From the NCBI GenBank assembly GCA_965232235.1, contig OZ246960.1, forward strand, positions 2,918,536 through 2,982,535: a stretch of 64,000 nucleotides of DNA. Reading direction: 5' to 3'. Below are positions 18,886-28,211 of this stretch, piece by piece. The first letter of the stretch is position 1. Every line of letters begins with the position of its first letter. A model generated the notes under the pieces. The model had not been told where the DNA came from and ran no database searches. It saw only the letters and a list, made by a program, of their open reading frames with translations. This stretch comes from Candidatus Poribacteria bacterium. GTDB lineage: Bacteria; Poribacteria; WGA-4E; JAJDTR01. The translations under genes and the position numbers were made by a program.

Positions 18886-20034
18886 ATGTCACATGAATTT
18901 GTGCCCGGTCTTGAAGGGGTACCGATCGCTGAATCCGCAATCAGTTTTGTAGATGGGCTAAAGGGAGTCTTGGAATACCGAGGCATCCGCATACAAAATC
19001 TTGCCGAACACAGTACGTATGAGGAAACTGCTCATCTGTTGCTCAAAGGCGATTTGCCAGATCAAGCAGCGCTTGATAATCTAATCCATGAGTTGGCTAA
19101 CCACCGAAAGCTCGAATCGCAAATCATTGATTTAATTAGATGTTTGCCCGAATACGGACATCCCATGGATGCCGTGCAAGCGGCAATTGCAGCCTTGGGC
19201 ATGTTTCATCCTGCTAAAGATGTCTCCAATGTTGCGGAAAACCACCTTTCTTGTATTCGCTTGATTGCCAAGCTTCCTTCCGTCGTTAGTGCGTTTGAGA
19301 GGTTCCGAAACGGTGCTGAAATTCGTTCCCCTCGAGAGGACCTTGGACATGCCGCCAATTTCTTATACACACTTACGGGTGAGGAGCCCAATCATGTAAG
19401 CGTAAAGGCTCTTGACGTGTGTCTAATATTGCATGCCGACCATACGATGAATGCCTCAACGTTTAGCGGGCGCGTGACAGGATCCACGTTGGCGGATCCG
19501 TACACGGTAGTCAGTTCGGCGGTTGGCACGCTGTCAGGACCATTACACGGCGGTGCAAACGAACAGGTGCTTGATATGCTCAGTGAGATTGGATCGGTTC
19601 AAAATGTGGAAACCTATATTGAGAAAAAGATGGCGAACAAAGACCGAATCATGGGCTTTGGGCACCGTGTGTATAAGACTAAAGACCCGCGCGCGATTAT
19701 CCTGAGACGCCTGGCAGACGAAATGACGGAGGAGCACGGATCGACCGAGTTGTATGAGATAGCCTTGAGGGTCGATGAAATCGTCACTGATAGGTTGGGT
19801 GAGAAGGGAATATTTGCAAATGTTGATTTCTACTCAGGTATCGTTTACGATGCTCTGGGGATCCGGCCAGATGCTTTTACTCCAATCTTTGCCATGGGGC
19901 GAGTCGCTGGATGGCTTGCGCACTGGTTGGAGCAACTTATCGACAATCGAATCTTTAGACCGACCCAAATATACGCAGGGGAACACGACATTCCATACCT
20001 TCCGGTGGAGCAGCGCGGCGGAAAATCAAGCTAG
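18886..20034 (+). CDS. gltA: Citrate synthase (short, Bacillus/archaeal-type ~380 aa)
   Basis: AGGAGG lies 6 nt before ATG 18886 (the ORF is listed from 18853). Motifs: FVPGLEGV, GPLHGGANE, GFGHRVYKTKDPR, NVDFYSG. Confidence 0.9.
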   Translation: MSHEFVPGLEGVPIAESAISFVDGLKGVLEYRGIRIQNLAEHSTYEETAHLLLKGDLPDQAALDNLIHELANHRKLESQIIDLIRCLPEYGHPMDAVQAAIAALGMFHPAKDVSNVAENHLSCIRLIAKLPSVVSAFERFRNGAEIRSPREDLGHAANFLYTLTGEEPNHVSVKALDVCLILHADHTMNASTFSGRVTGSTLADPYTVVSSAVGTLSGPLHGGANEQVLDMLSEIGSVQNVETYIEKKMANKDRIMGFGHRVYKTKDPRAIILRRLADEMTEEHGSTELYEIALRVDEIVTDRLGEKGIFANVDFYSGIVYDALGIRPDAFTPIFAMGRVAGWLAHWLEQLIDNRIFRPTQIYAGEHDIPYLPVEQRGGKSS

Positions 20035-20048
20035 AATGAGGAACAACA

Positions 20049-21299
20049 GTGATAGAATTTGAAAAACTTCAGGTGCCTGCAGAAGGCGAAACAATCAGTA
20101 AAGTAAACGGACGGCTAGAAGTACCGAGTCAGCCGATAATTCCGGTCATTGAAGGCGACGGTATCGGACGTGATATTATGAAAGCCACGCGCCAAGCGAT
20201 CGACGCCGCAATTGAATCAGCGTATGGAAGCGAAAAACGTATCGTGTGGTTTGATGTTTTTGCCGGCGAAAATGCAAATGCCGAATATGGTGAATGGCTG
20301 CCGCAGGACACCTTCAATGCTATCAAACATTTTCGTGTTGCCCTGAAGGGCCCATTGACAACACCGGTGGGTGGCGGATTTCGAAGCTTAAACGTAACGC
20401 TGCGCCAAGTATTGGACCTGTATGCCTGTGTTCGTCCGGTGCGCTATTTTCAAGGCGTGCCAGCTCCTGTTACTCACCCCGAAAACATGAACGTCGTGAT
20501 TTTCCGTGAGAATACCGAAGACGTTTATGCTGGCATCGAGTGGGCGAAAGGAACGCCCGAAGCCAAAAAGGTGATTGACTTTCTTCACGCCGACATGGGC
20601 GTGGAGGTGCGTGAAGATTCCGGGATTGGCATTAAACCCATTAGCGTATTCGGTACAAGCCGCCTTGTGCGGATGGCGATTCAGTACGCTATCGACCACA
20701 ACCGTTCCAGCGTCACCTTTGTCCACAAGGGCAATATCATGAAGTTCACCGAAGGCGCCTTTCGTGATTGGGGCTATCAGGTTGCGGAGGATGAGTTCAT
20801 TGATACGACAATCACCGAAGACAATGTCTACGACGATCATGATGGGAAAGCCCCGGATGGAAAAATCGTCGTGAAGGATCGGATTGCCGACAGTATGTTA
20901 CAGCAAATCTTGACGCGAACTGCCGAATATGATGTAATCGCTACGCCAAACCTGAATGGCGACTACCTCTCCGATGCTTGTGCAGCACAGGTAGGTGGTA
21001 TCGGGATGGCGCCCGGCGGAAATATTGGCGACGAGACTGCGCTTTTTGAAGCAACTCACGGCACCGCTCCCAAATATACCGATCAGGATGTCGTCAATCC
21101 AAGCTCGTTGATTCTCTCCGCAGTGATGATGCTTGAGCATCTCGGTTGGCAGGAGGCAGCAGATTTGGTCATCCATGGGCTTGAGCAAACAATTCTGCAA
21201 AAGCGCGTGACTTACGACCTTGAACGGTTAATGGACGGAGCGACGAAAGTGCGTACTTCTGAATTTGCCGCCGCAATCATTGAAAATTTCACGGCTTGA
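20049..21299 (+). CDS. icd: NADP-dependent isocitrate dehydrogenase (homodimeric type)
   Basis: The N-terminus parallels E. coli Icd (..[28 protein letters not shown]). Motifs: [25 protein letters not shown] lies upstream of GTG 20049. Confidence 0.9.
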   Translation: MIEFEKLQVPAEGETISKVNGRLEVPSQPIIPVIEGDGIGRDIMKATRQAIDAAIESAYGSEKRIVWFDVFAGENANAEYGEWLPQDTFNAIKHFRVALKGPLTTPVGGGFRSLNVTLRQVLDLYACVRPVRYFQGVPAPVTHPENMNVVIFRENTEDVYAGIEWAKGTPEAKKVIDFLHADMGVEVREDSGIGIKPISVFGTSRLVRMAIQYAIDHNRSSVTFVHKGNIMKFTEGAFRDWGYQVAEDEFIDTTITEDNVYDDHDGKAPDGKIVVKDRIADSMLQQILTRTAEYDVIATPNLNGDYLSDACAAQVGGIGMAPGGNIGDETALFEATHGTAPKYTDQDVVNPSSLILSAVMMLEHLGWQEAADLVIHGLEQTILQKRVTYDLERLMDGATKVRTSEFAAAIIENFTA

Positions 21300-21329
21300 T
21301 TAGATGTGATTCTGTGGTACTTTTTCTGA

Positions 21330-22268
21330 ATGGAGGAACGCGTGGGTAGAAAGAAAATCAGTGTTATTGGCGCGGGAAATGTCGGCGCGACAGCAGCGTT
21401 TCTGGTTGCTCAAAAGCAACTTGGCGATGTCGTGATGGTGGATATAATCGACGGCATTCCGCAAGGCAAAGCCCTTGACATGGGACAAACCGCGCCAATT
21501 GAGGCTTTTGACGCGAACATCACGGGAGCAGTCGATTTTGACGCTACTGCCGGGTCGAATTTGGTGATTATCACCTCGGGTTCTCCTCGAAAGCCGGGTA
21601 TGACTCGCGAGGATCTCTTGCAAACGAACGCCAACATTGTTGGGAGCGTCACGGAAAATGTAGTGAGGCGCTCACCGGATTGTGTAATCGTCATGTTGAC
21701 CAACCCACTCGACATCATGACCTATCATGCGTGGAAGGTTTCGGGATTTCCCGCTCACCGCGTTGTTGGACAAGCTGGCGTCCTTGACTCGGCACGATTT
21801 CGGTATTTTATTTCGCTTGAATTGGGTGTATCTGTCGAGGATATCCACGCGCTCGTTCTTGGCGGACACGGCGACACCATGGTACCTCTTCCCCGCTATA
21901 CGACGGTTAACGGTGTTCCAATCACTCAACTCATTCCCCCCAACCGGATTGAAGAGATGGCGCAGCGGACTCGTGATGGCGGCGCCGAAGTGGTCGATTT
22001 GTTGAAGACAAGTGGGTATTACGCTGCGGGGGCTTCTCTCGCTGAAATGGCGGAAGCCATAATCCTTGATAGGAAACGTTTGCTTCCCTGTTCAGCGTAT
22101 CTTACAGGACAGTACGGCATTGATGACCTGTATATAGGAGTCCCAATTAAGCTTGGCGGCGGCGGCGTTGAACAGGTTATCGAAATCGACCTGACTGATG
22201 ACGAGCTTCAGGCATTACAAACATCTGCCAAGACGTACCGCGAAGGAATTGCTCTCCTGAGCAAGTAA
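21330..22268 (+). CDS. mdh: Malate dehydrogenase (LDH-like family)
   Basis: Motifs: KISVIGAGNVGAT, GSPRKPGMTREDLL, MLTNPLD, GGHGDTMVPL. An alternative GTG start is at 21342. Confidence 0.9.
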   Translation: MEERVGRKKISVIGAGNVGATAAFLVAQKQLGDVVMVDIIDGIPQGKALDMGQTAPIEAFDANITGAVDFDATAGSNLVIITSGSPRKPGMTREDLLQTNANIVGSVTENVVRRSPDCVIVMLTNPLDIMTYHAWKVSGFPAHRVVGQAGVLDSARFRYFISLELGVSVEDIHALVLGGHGDTMVPLPRYTTVNGVPITQLIPPNRIEEMAQRTRDGGAEVVDLLKTSGYYAAGASLAEMAEAIILDRKRLLPCSAYLTGQYGIDDLYIGVPIKLGGGGVEQVIEIDLTDDELQALQTSAKTYREGIALLSK

Positions 22269-22381
22269 TTGCTTCGGTTGCGGGAGATGACACCTGAATA
22301 TTGTGCTGTAAAATCATGTAGGGTTGTCTTGGATAAGAGTTCGAGCAGGACGCGATGAGTTACGGAGGCTGAAGAACAAGA

Positions 22382-23143
22382 ATGGCGGAACTCGCCGATA
22401 TTGAAAACGAATTTATCCGCGAAGAGATTGAGGAGTTTCTTGAACGACCCGATGAAATAGAACGGACGATTCAGGCGTTCACCCATGCTACCCCCGAGAT
22501 GCAAGCGATCGCCGCAGCGCTAATTGACGGAGACAATGATGCGGTGGACGAATTGACCAAAGAAGCCTTGGATGTCGGGACTGAAGCGCTGGAAATTATG
22601 GACGACGGACTCATTTCCGGCATGGGTGTTGTTGGCATAAAGTTTCGGGAAAACTTCATATTCGTGCCAGAGGTGCTTGCTTGTGCACGTGCAATGAAGG
22701 CAGGTATGGCGTACGTTGAGCCCATATTGTCCGCTTCCGGGGTCGAACCCGTCGGAACGGTAATCATGGGAACAGTGAAAGGCGACCTACACGATATTGG
22801 GAAGAATCTTTGCATTATGATGTTACGCGGTGCCGGCTTTGTTGTTCACGACCTGGGCGTAGATACTTCGGATGATGAGTTCATTGAGGCATTCGAGGAG
22901 TATGATGCGAAAGTGTTGGGGATGTCTGCCCTGTTGACGACCACTATGCCAAATATGGGTAAGACAATCGAAGCGTTTATTGACGAGGATCTTCGTGAGG
23001 ACGTTAAAATTATGGTCGGTGGAGCCCCCGTGACACAGGAGTTTGCCGATGATATGGGCGCCGACGGGTACGGCAAGGATGCCCTCGCATGTGTGGCATT
23101 GGCAAAGAGATTTGTTGAAGAAGAGGATGAGGAAGAGTTCTGA
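22382..23143 (+). CDS. Cobalamin-binding corrinoid protein (MtaC/MtbC/MttC-like)
   Basis: B12-binding DxHxxG motif (GDLHDIGKN), then MSALLTTT and VGGAP. An N-terminal helical cap domain and an acidic C-terminal tail are present. Confidence 0.8.
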   Translation: MAELADIENEFIREEIEEFLERPDEIERTIQAFTHATPEMQAIAAALIDGDNDAVDELTKEALDVGTEALEIMDDGLISGMGVVGIKFRENFIFVPEVLACARAMKAGMAYVEPILSASGVEPVGTVIMGTVKGDLHDIGKNLCIMMLRGAGFVVHDLGVDTSDDEFIEAFEEYDAKVLGMSALLTTTMPNMGKTIEAFIDEDLREDVKIMVGGAPVTQEFADDMGADGYGKDALACVALAKRFVEEEDEEEF

Positions 23144-23161
23144 AATTCGTGACGGTGCATA

Positions 23162-25063
23162 ATGCAGAAAATCGACAAGAAAGAATACCAGAAACGACTT
23201 GACAGAATCACTGAAATGTTTGAGGACATGGTGCTGCATGCGGATGAGCAATCCACGTATCGGTGCCCCTACAAGAATCGTTTCGATCAATGTACAGCAA
23301 AATTCGGGTGTCGCAATCAACGCAAGCCACCTACCAAAGGTGATTTACTTCTATGTGGCGGAGATGACCGCATAGATTATCGAAGTGCCTGGGAAACGGA
23401 ATCCATAGAAGGCGCTCATCTTGAGGACATTGAGTACGGCATGGGTACAATAGAACACGATGGAAAAGCCCGGAAATTATCGTCCGGAAAAACCATCTTT
23501 GATTATGCTGATGAGCTTGCTGTTCAAGTGCCAACATCCTGTTTTCGAACCGGACAATGCCATGAGTGTATCGTTGAGGTAAAGTCGGGCATGGAGGCTT
23601 TACGCCCTCGAAATGAGGTAGAATCGTTTCTTCGAGGGGACCACCGTCTGGCTTGTCAGGCAGTGGTTCAGGATCCTGACGTTGATATAGTATTCACTCC
23701 ATTGAGGCGCACGCCCAAAATTCTCACCCTGACAGATGATAAACCGATAAAGCTTAATCCGTTAGTTACCCGCCGGGGCGATAGTGTTTATTATGACGGC
23801 GAAAACATCGACAGATATCGGGGCCACCTTTATGGCTTGGCTATCGATCTCGGTACGACGACCATCGTCGTTGATTTGGTTGATTTGGAAACCGGAAAAA
23901 GCGTTCACGTCAGTTCGTTTGAGAACCCGCAGCGGTTTGGCGGAAGTGATGTGATGCATCGCATCTCATACGACGCCGAATTCGGAGGAGAGTTGCGCAA
24001 AGCGGTCATTAATGCACTTAATCACGAAATCTTGGAGATGGGAGAACGGCTTGGTTTTGTTCGTCAAGAAATCTATGAGATTGTCTTGGTGGGCAATTCG
24101 ACCATGCGGGACATCTTCTTCAAGCTCGATGTGCAGAGCATCGGTCAAAAACCTTACAAATCCACAATAGAACACGAATTTCTGAAGGGTGAGCGCGAGA
24201 CGACTTCACTCATTGAGAAAACGCGGCGTATAGGAATTCGCGCCAACCCGAGAGCCGTTGTTTACGGTTTGCCTCTGATTGCAAGCCACGTTGGCGCCGA
24301 TGTTGCGGCAGATCTTGTGGCAATTGATATCGCCTCACAGGATGAGGTGGTGATGCTAGTCGACGTTGGTACCAACACCGAAGTGGTTGTGGGACACGCA
24401 GGCAGGTTGGTGGCAGCTTCCTGTCCGGCGGGACCCGCTTTTGAGGGCGGTGGGATTGAATACGGCATGCCCGGATACGATGGCGCCATAGAGTCTATTC
24501 ATTTAAACAACGGTCAAACTGACTATCGGACTATTGGCGGTGTCGTACCCCAAGGCATCTGCGGATCCGGCTTAATCGATCTTCTGGCAGAGCTCCGCAA
24601 CAACAATCTAATGACGCCCATGGGCGTTTTCACGGAAAAGAAACAGCGCAAGATAGCAGTTATTCCCGAACATGGAATCACTTTGTCACGTGATGATGCC
24701 AGCAATCTTGCCCAAGCGAAAGCCGCGAATTATTGCGGTCAATTCATCGTAATGCGAGAATTCGGTGTTAACCCGGCGGATGTGAAGAACCTATATTTGG
24801 CCGGCGGGTTCGCCAACTTTGTTGATGCGCGCAACGCAATCGACATCGGATTCTTGGCGCCTGTAGCCGACGAGCGTATTGTCAAGATTGGCAACGCGGC
24901 GGTACAAGGGGCTAGGGAAGTGTTGCTGTCGCGGGAGAAACGTGAGTCAATCGAAGATTTGGTCAAAAAGATTGAGCACGTCGAATTGGAGACTACGCCG
25001 GATTTCTTTGAAGTGTTCGTCGAGGGCTGCCAGTTCAAACCGATGCCAACGGAGTTCGTGTAA
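23162..25063 (+). CDS. RACE-type corrinoid reductive activator (2Fe-2S ferredoxin + ASKHA ATPase domain) with extra N-terminal Cys-rich segment
   Basis: Plant-type ferredoxin Cys pattern (SCFRTGQCHECIVEV ... LACQ). ASKHA phosphate motifs follow (AIDLGTTTIVVDL, VDVGTNTEVV, GICGSG). The first ~100 aa carry four further Cys. Confidence 0.75.
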   Translation: MQKIDKKEYQKRLDRITEMFEDMVLHADEQSTYRCPYKNRFDQCTAKFGCRNQRKPPTKGDLLLCGGDDRIDYRSAWETESIEGAHLEDIEYGMGTIEHDGKARKLSSGKTIFDYADELAVQVPTSCFRTGQCHECIVEVKSGMEALRPRNEVESFLRGDHRLACQAVVQDPDVDIVFTPLRRTPKILTLTDDKPIKLNPLVTRRGDSVYYDGENIDRYRGHLYGLAIDLGTTTIVVDLVDLETGKSVHVSSFENPQRFGGSDVMHRISYDAEFGGELRKAVINALNHEILEMGERLGFVRQEIYEIVLVGNSTMRDIFFKLDVQSIGQKPYKSTIEHEFLKGERETTSLIEKTRRIGIRANPRAVVYGLPLIASHVGADVAADLVAIDIASQDEVVMLVDVGTNTEVVVGHAGRLVAASCPAGPAFEGGGIEYGMPGYDGAIESIHLNNGQTDYRTIGGVVPQGICGSGLIDLLAELRNNNLMTPMGVFTEKKQRKIAVIPEHGITLSRDDASNLAQAKAANYCGQFIVMREFGVNPADVKNLYLAGGFANFVDARNAIDIGFLAPVADERIVKIGNAAVQGAREVLLSREKRESIEDLVKKIEHVELETTPDFFEVFVEGCQFKPMPTEFV

Positions 25064-25085
25064 GTGACGTGTGGGGGCATATCTG

Positions 25086-26675
25086 ATGAATACGGCCCAC
25101 GAGCAGGCAGGTGCTTGGCAAAAGCGTCCGCTGCGCCAACTGCTTGAGGAAACAGATACATTTGTTACTTGCGTCGAACTGGTGACCTCGCGCGGCGTAA
25201 TCACGGATCGCAATGGCAGACGCGTACTCGATTTGGCTAGGAAGCTCACCGAACACCCGCGCATACATGCGCTAAGCATTACCGATAATCCTGGCGGCAA
25301 CGCCATGCTCAGCGCCGACACGCTTGGAACGGATCTTATCTCGCGAGGCCAGGAAGTTGTTATCCACCTGTCGTGCAAAGACTGGAACCGCAACGCTCTC
25401 CAGAGTCGCGGCTGGCAGCTCGCGAGCGAGGGATTCAACAATGTGCTCGCTTTGTCTGGTGACTATCCCAACGATGGCTATCAGGGACACGCAAGCCCGG
25501 TTTTTGACACCGATTCGGTTGGTCTGCTCAGGATGTTCTCGGATATGAACGCCGGGATGAGCGTTGCGACTGGAAAAAAAAAGGAAGTACTAAAACGCAC
25601 CAACTTCTATCTCGGCGCCGTAATTAACAACCACAAACGCTATGAACGTGAGGTGATGCCGCAGTATTTCAAGCTTGCAAAAAAGGTGGAAAACGGAGCA
25701 ACGTTTATCATCAATCAGATTGGCTACGACTCACGTAAGCAGGACGAGTTATTGAAGTATATGTCAATGCACGGTATCAACGTGCCGGTGCTTGGCAACG
25801 TCTACGTGTTGAGTCGAACGGCGGCGCGGTACTTTAACGCTGGGAATATCCCGGGCGTTACCGTAACCGACGATTTGCTAAGACTGGTTGAAAAGCAAGC
25901 CAAGTCGCGCGATAAGGGCAAAGCCTTTTTCTTAAACTTTGCTGCGAAACAGTGTGCGGTTGCGAAGGGGTTGGGCTATCGCGGCGTCTACCTCGGTGGG
26001 CATCTGCAATACAAGGATTATGAGAAAATTCTGCAGATAACCGATGAAATCGGCGCCGATGACTGGAAGGAGTTCGCGAAGGAAATCCGTTTCGGTTACG
26101 CCGACGAATTCTACTTCTTCGAACCAGCGCCAGAGACGGGGCTCAGTTCAACCGAAGTCAACCGAAGCTACCTCTTTTCGAAACGGCCTGAAGCCCTACA
26201 AGCGGCAAGGCGGGACCTGTCATTGGGCTACAAGGTAAACAGAGGTTTGCACGGAGCGGCATTTGAAGAAGGAACGCTTGGCTTCAAAGCCGGACAGAAA
26301 CTTTTTCGGGCGGTTGACAAAGCCGGCGTTCCCGTACAGAACGCCGTGCATGCAGCCGAACACGCCATTAAAGCAGTGATGTTTGATTGCCGTGATTGCG
26401 GCGATTGTTCGTTGCCGGAAATCGCTTTTCTCTGCCCCGAATCTCAATGCGTAAAGAACCAGCGTAACGGCCCCTGCGGCGGCACACGTCAAGGAAAATG
26501 TGAAATTGGCGAAAAGGATTGCATCTGGGGACGAGCCTACGAGAGGCTGAAAGCCTACGGCGAAGAGGAAAGCATGATGGAGGGACCGGCAATCTTCAAG
26601 AACGGCATGTTGAAGGGGACAAGCGCGTGGGCAAACACGTTTTTGGGACGAGATCATCACGCCCGCAAGAAATAA
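25086..26675 (+). CDS. metF: Methylenetetrahydrofolate reductase with Cys-rich C-terminal (MTHFR_C/MetV-like) domain
   Basis: The N-terminal ~330 aa are an MTHFR-like TIM barrel (VELVTSRG.., ITDNPGGN.., DSVGLL). The C-terminus has CRDCGDCSLPEIAFLCPESQCVKNQRNGPCGG. Start is ATG 25086 or GTG 25071. Confidence 0.75.
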   Translation: MNTAHEQAGAWQKRPLRQLLEETDTFVTCVELVTSRGVITDRNGRRVLDLARKLTEHPRIHALSITDNPGGNAMLSADTLGTDLISRGQEVVIHLSCKDWNRNALQSRGWQLASEGFNNVLALSGDYPNDGYQGHASPVFDTDSVGLLRMFSDMNAGMSVATGKKKEVLKRTNFYLGAVINNHKRYEREVMPQYFKLAKKVENGATFIINQIGYDSRKQDELLKYMSMHGINVPVLGNVYVLSRTAARYFNAGNIPGVTVTDDLLRLVEKQAKSRDKGKAFFLNFAAKQCAVAKGLGYRGVYLGGHLQYKDYEKILQITDEIGADDWKEFAKEIRFGYADEFYFFEPAPETGLSSTEVNRSYLFSKRPEALQAARRDLSLGYKVNRGLHGAAFEEGTLGFKAGQKLFRAVDKAGVPVQNAVHAAEHAIKAVMFDCRDCGDCSLPEIAFLCPESQCVKNQRNGPCGGTRQGKCEIGEKDCIWGRAYERLKAYGEEESMMEGPAIFKNGMLKGTSAWANTFLGRDHHARKK

Positions 26676-26758
26676 GATGACGGTTCATTGCGTGTTCACA
26701 TGAGATGGTCCAATTGCGAACCTAAGTATCCATCGTAGCTATGCATATCTAACACATC

Positions 26759-27793
26759 ATGAAAATGAACGGCAGAGAATTTATTATCATTGGCGAAAAC
26801 GTCCATACCACGCGCGTGGTGCTGCGAAAGGGCAAACTGGTCACCAATAACCCTGACGGTGTTGAATCCGTTCGTTATCTTGACGCCGGGAAAAAGCGAC
26901 GCTATTTGACTATCCCCGAAGATGTAAAAAAAACTCAGGATTATGAAGAGGGGCGGATCAAACACGTAAAGATCGCCGTTCAGGCGGCGATGAACGGCAA
27001 AGGTGCCGAAGCGTCTGAAGGTCTACATTACGTGCATCGACTGGTCCAACGCCAAGTGGATGCTGGCGCCGATTTCATGGACTTGAATGTTGATGAAATC
27101 TCGCTGCGTCCTCAGGAACAGAAAGAGGCGATGCAGTGGCTGGTGCGAACAGTGCAAGAAATGTGTCCCGTACCGCTATCCGTGGATTCATCGAACGTCG
27201 AGACTATTCAAGCGGGGTTGGCAGCTGGCGATGGGAGAGCCGGTCGAATGCTGCTGAACTCTGCGTCTTTGGAACGACTTGAGGCGTTGGATCTCGCGAA
27301 ACAGTATGACTCGCAGGTCATCGTGACGGCAGCGGGAGAATCCGGCATGCCGCAGGACGATGCAGAACGAATCGCCAACGCTTCTCGCATGGTGGACGCC
27401 GCTCTGGATAGAGGCATCTCGATTGAGGACATATTCATTGATGTTCTCATATTTCCAATTTCGGTTGACAGTGCGTTCGGCGTCCATGCCTTTGACACAA
27501 TTCGCCAACTCCGCGCCAAGTATGGCCCCGACATTCACATTACCGGCGGCTTTAGTAATGTGTCCTTCGGCTTACCGTGTCGCCGCATCGTCAATGATGC
27601 TTTTATGTGCTTGGCGATTGACGCCGGAGCGGATAGTGGAATTATCGATCCGGTCACCAGCCGACCATCCAAGGTGTTCTCCGTTGACAGGGAATCGCGA
27701 GCGTATCAGCTCGCTGAAGATATGCTGCTTGGGCGCGATCGATTTTGCAAAAACTTCTTGCGGGCATACCGCAAAGGGGAATTGGAAGTTTAA
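26759..27793 (+). CDS. Pterin-binding methyltetrahydrofolate:corrinoid methyltransferase (AcsE/MtrH/DHPS-like)
   Basis: Motifs FIIIGENVHTT, GADFMDLNVDE, LSVDSS, LNSAS and GGFSNVSFGLP match the pterin-binding barrel of methyl-THF methyltransferases. Confidence 0.7.
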   Translation: MKMNGREFIIIGENVHTTRVVLRKGKLVTNNPDGVESVRYLDAGKKRRYLTIPEDVKKTQDYEEGRIKHVKIAVQAAMNGKGAEASEGLHYVHRLVQRQVDAGADFMDLNVDEISLRPQEQKEAMQWLVRTVQEMCPVPLSVDSSNVETIQAGLAAGDGRAGRMLLNSASLERLEALDLAKQYDSQVIVTAAGESGMPQDDAERIANASRMVDAALDRGISIEDIFIDVLIFPISVDSAFGVHAFDTIRQLRAKYGPDIHITGGFSNVSFGLPCRRIVNDAFMCLAIDAGADSGIIDPVTSRPSKVFSVDRESRAYQLAEDMLLGRDRFCKNFLRAYRKGELEV

Positions 27794-27797
27794 CTCG

Positions 27798-28064
27798 ATG
27801 GCGACGTATCAGATACTCTACTGGAAGCATATTCCGGCTCAAGTCAGAGCCTTTGAAGGGAAAAAGCCGATTTCTCAGCCCATGCCCCATCGATTTCAGA
27901 CCGACATTGATCGGACCGCTATGAAGGAAGGCTTGACCGGAACCGACGAGTATCTCGACCAATGGCAATGGACAGAAAAACGCCAACGACTAGGTGATGC
28001 CCGCGACGTTTTGCAGGAATTAGTCAAGGAGCTCGAATCGGAATACGACAGCAGAGCTCACTGA
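27798..28064 (+). CDS. Small conserved protein commonly found next to pterin-binding methyltransferases ('virulence factor'-type domain, from memory)
   Basis: Only the last 89 aa of listed ORF 27360..28064 (MATYQILYWKHIPAQVRAFEG..) lie outside the upstream gene. ATG 27798 sits 4 nt after that gene's stop. The family assignment is a recollection, not a search result. Confidence 0.5.
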   Translation: MATYQILYWKHIPAQVRAFEGKKPISQPMPHRFQTDIDRTAMKEGLTGTDEYLDQWQWTEKRQRLGDARDVLQELVKELESEYDSRAH

Positions 28065-28077
28065 GCCGGATTATCGT

Positions 28078-28140
28078 GATCAATAATGCGGAGCTAGCGA
28101 ACCATAGGCATATCACAACCGCTCAGAATCCACATTCAAC
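28078..28140 (+). repeat. Degenerate copy of dispersed repeat family (unit + tail)
   Basis: GATCAATAATGCGGAGCTAGCGAACCATAGGCATATCACAACCGCTCAGAATCCACATTCAAC aligns with the unit and with tail ..CTAACCGCACCGACACCCAACACTTAAC at 38178-38208. Confidence 0.4.
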
Positions 28141-28211
28141 TAGCAAGCCAAAAATCATCATAAGGATTGGAAACATTCAAGAATTGATATAATTCAGGGA
28201 GTCTGCCGATT

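Noticed and set aside
22269-22381. Cobalamin riboswitch upstream of the corrinoid protein. Other riboswitch checks: TPP upstream of the ThDP enzyme, ZTP/THF upstream of folD, T-box or attenuator upstream of aroF.
   Set aside because: The spacer is only 113 nt and has no B12-box-like sequence. I saw no CTGAGA/TPP core, ZTP pseudoknot words or T-box sequence in the respective leaders. A proper cmscan is still needed.
27360-27797. Listed 234-aa ORF 27360..28064 as a full gene.
   Set aside because: Its first 146 codons lie out of frame inside the well-supported pterin-binding methyltransferase gene. Only the portion from ATG 27798 is plausible.
22382-28064. Amber-interrupted (pyrrolysine) methyltransferase gene hidden in the corrinoid cluster.
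   Set aside because: The cluster is compact with no unassigned gap or pair of collinear ORFs separated by a TAG.
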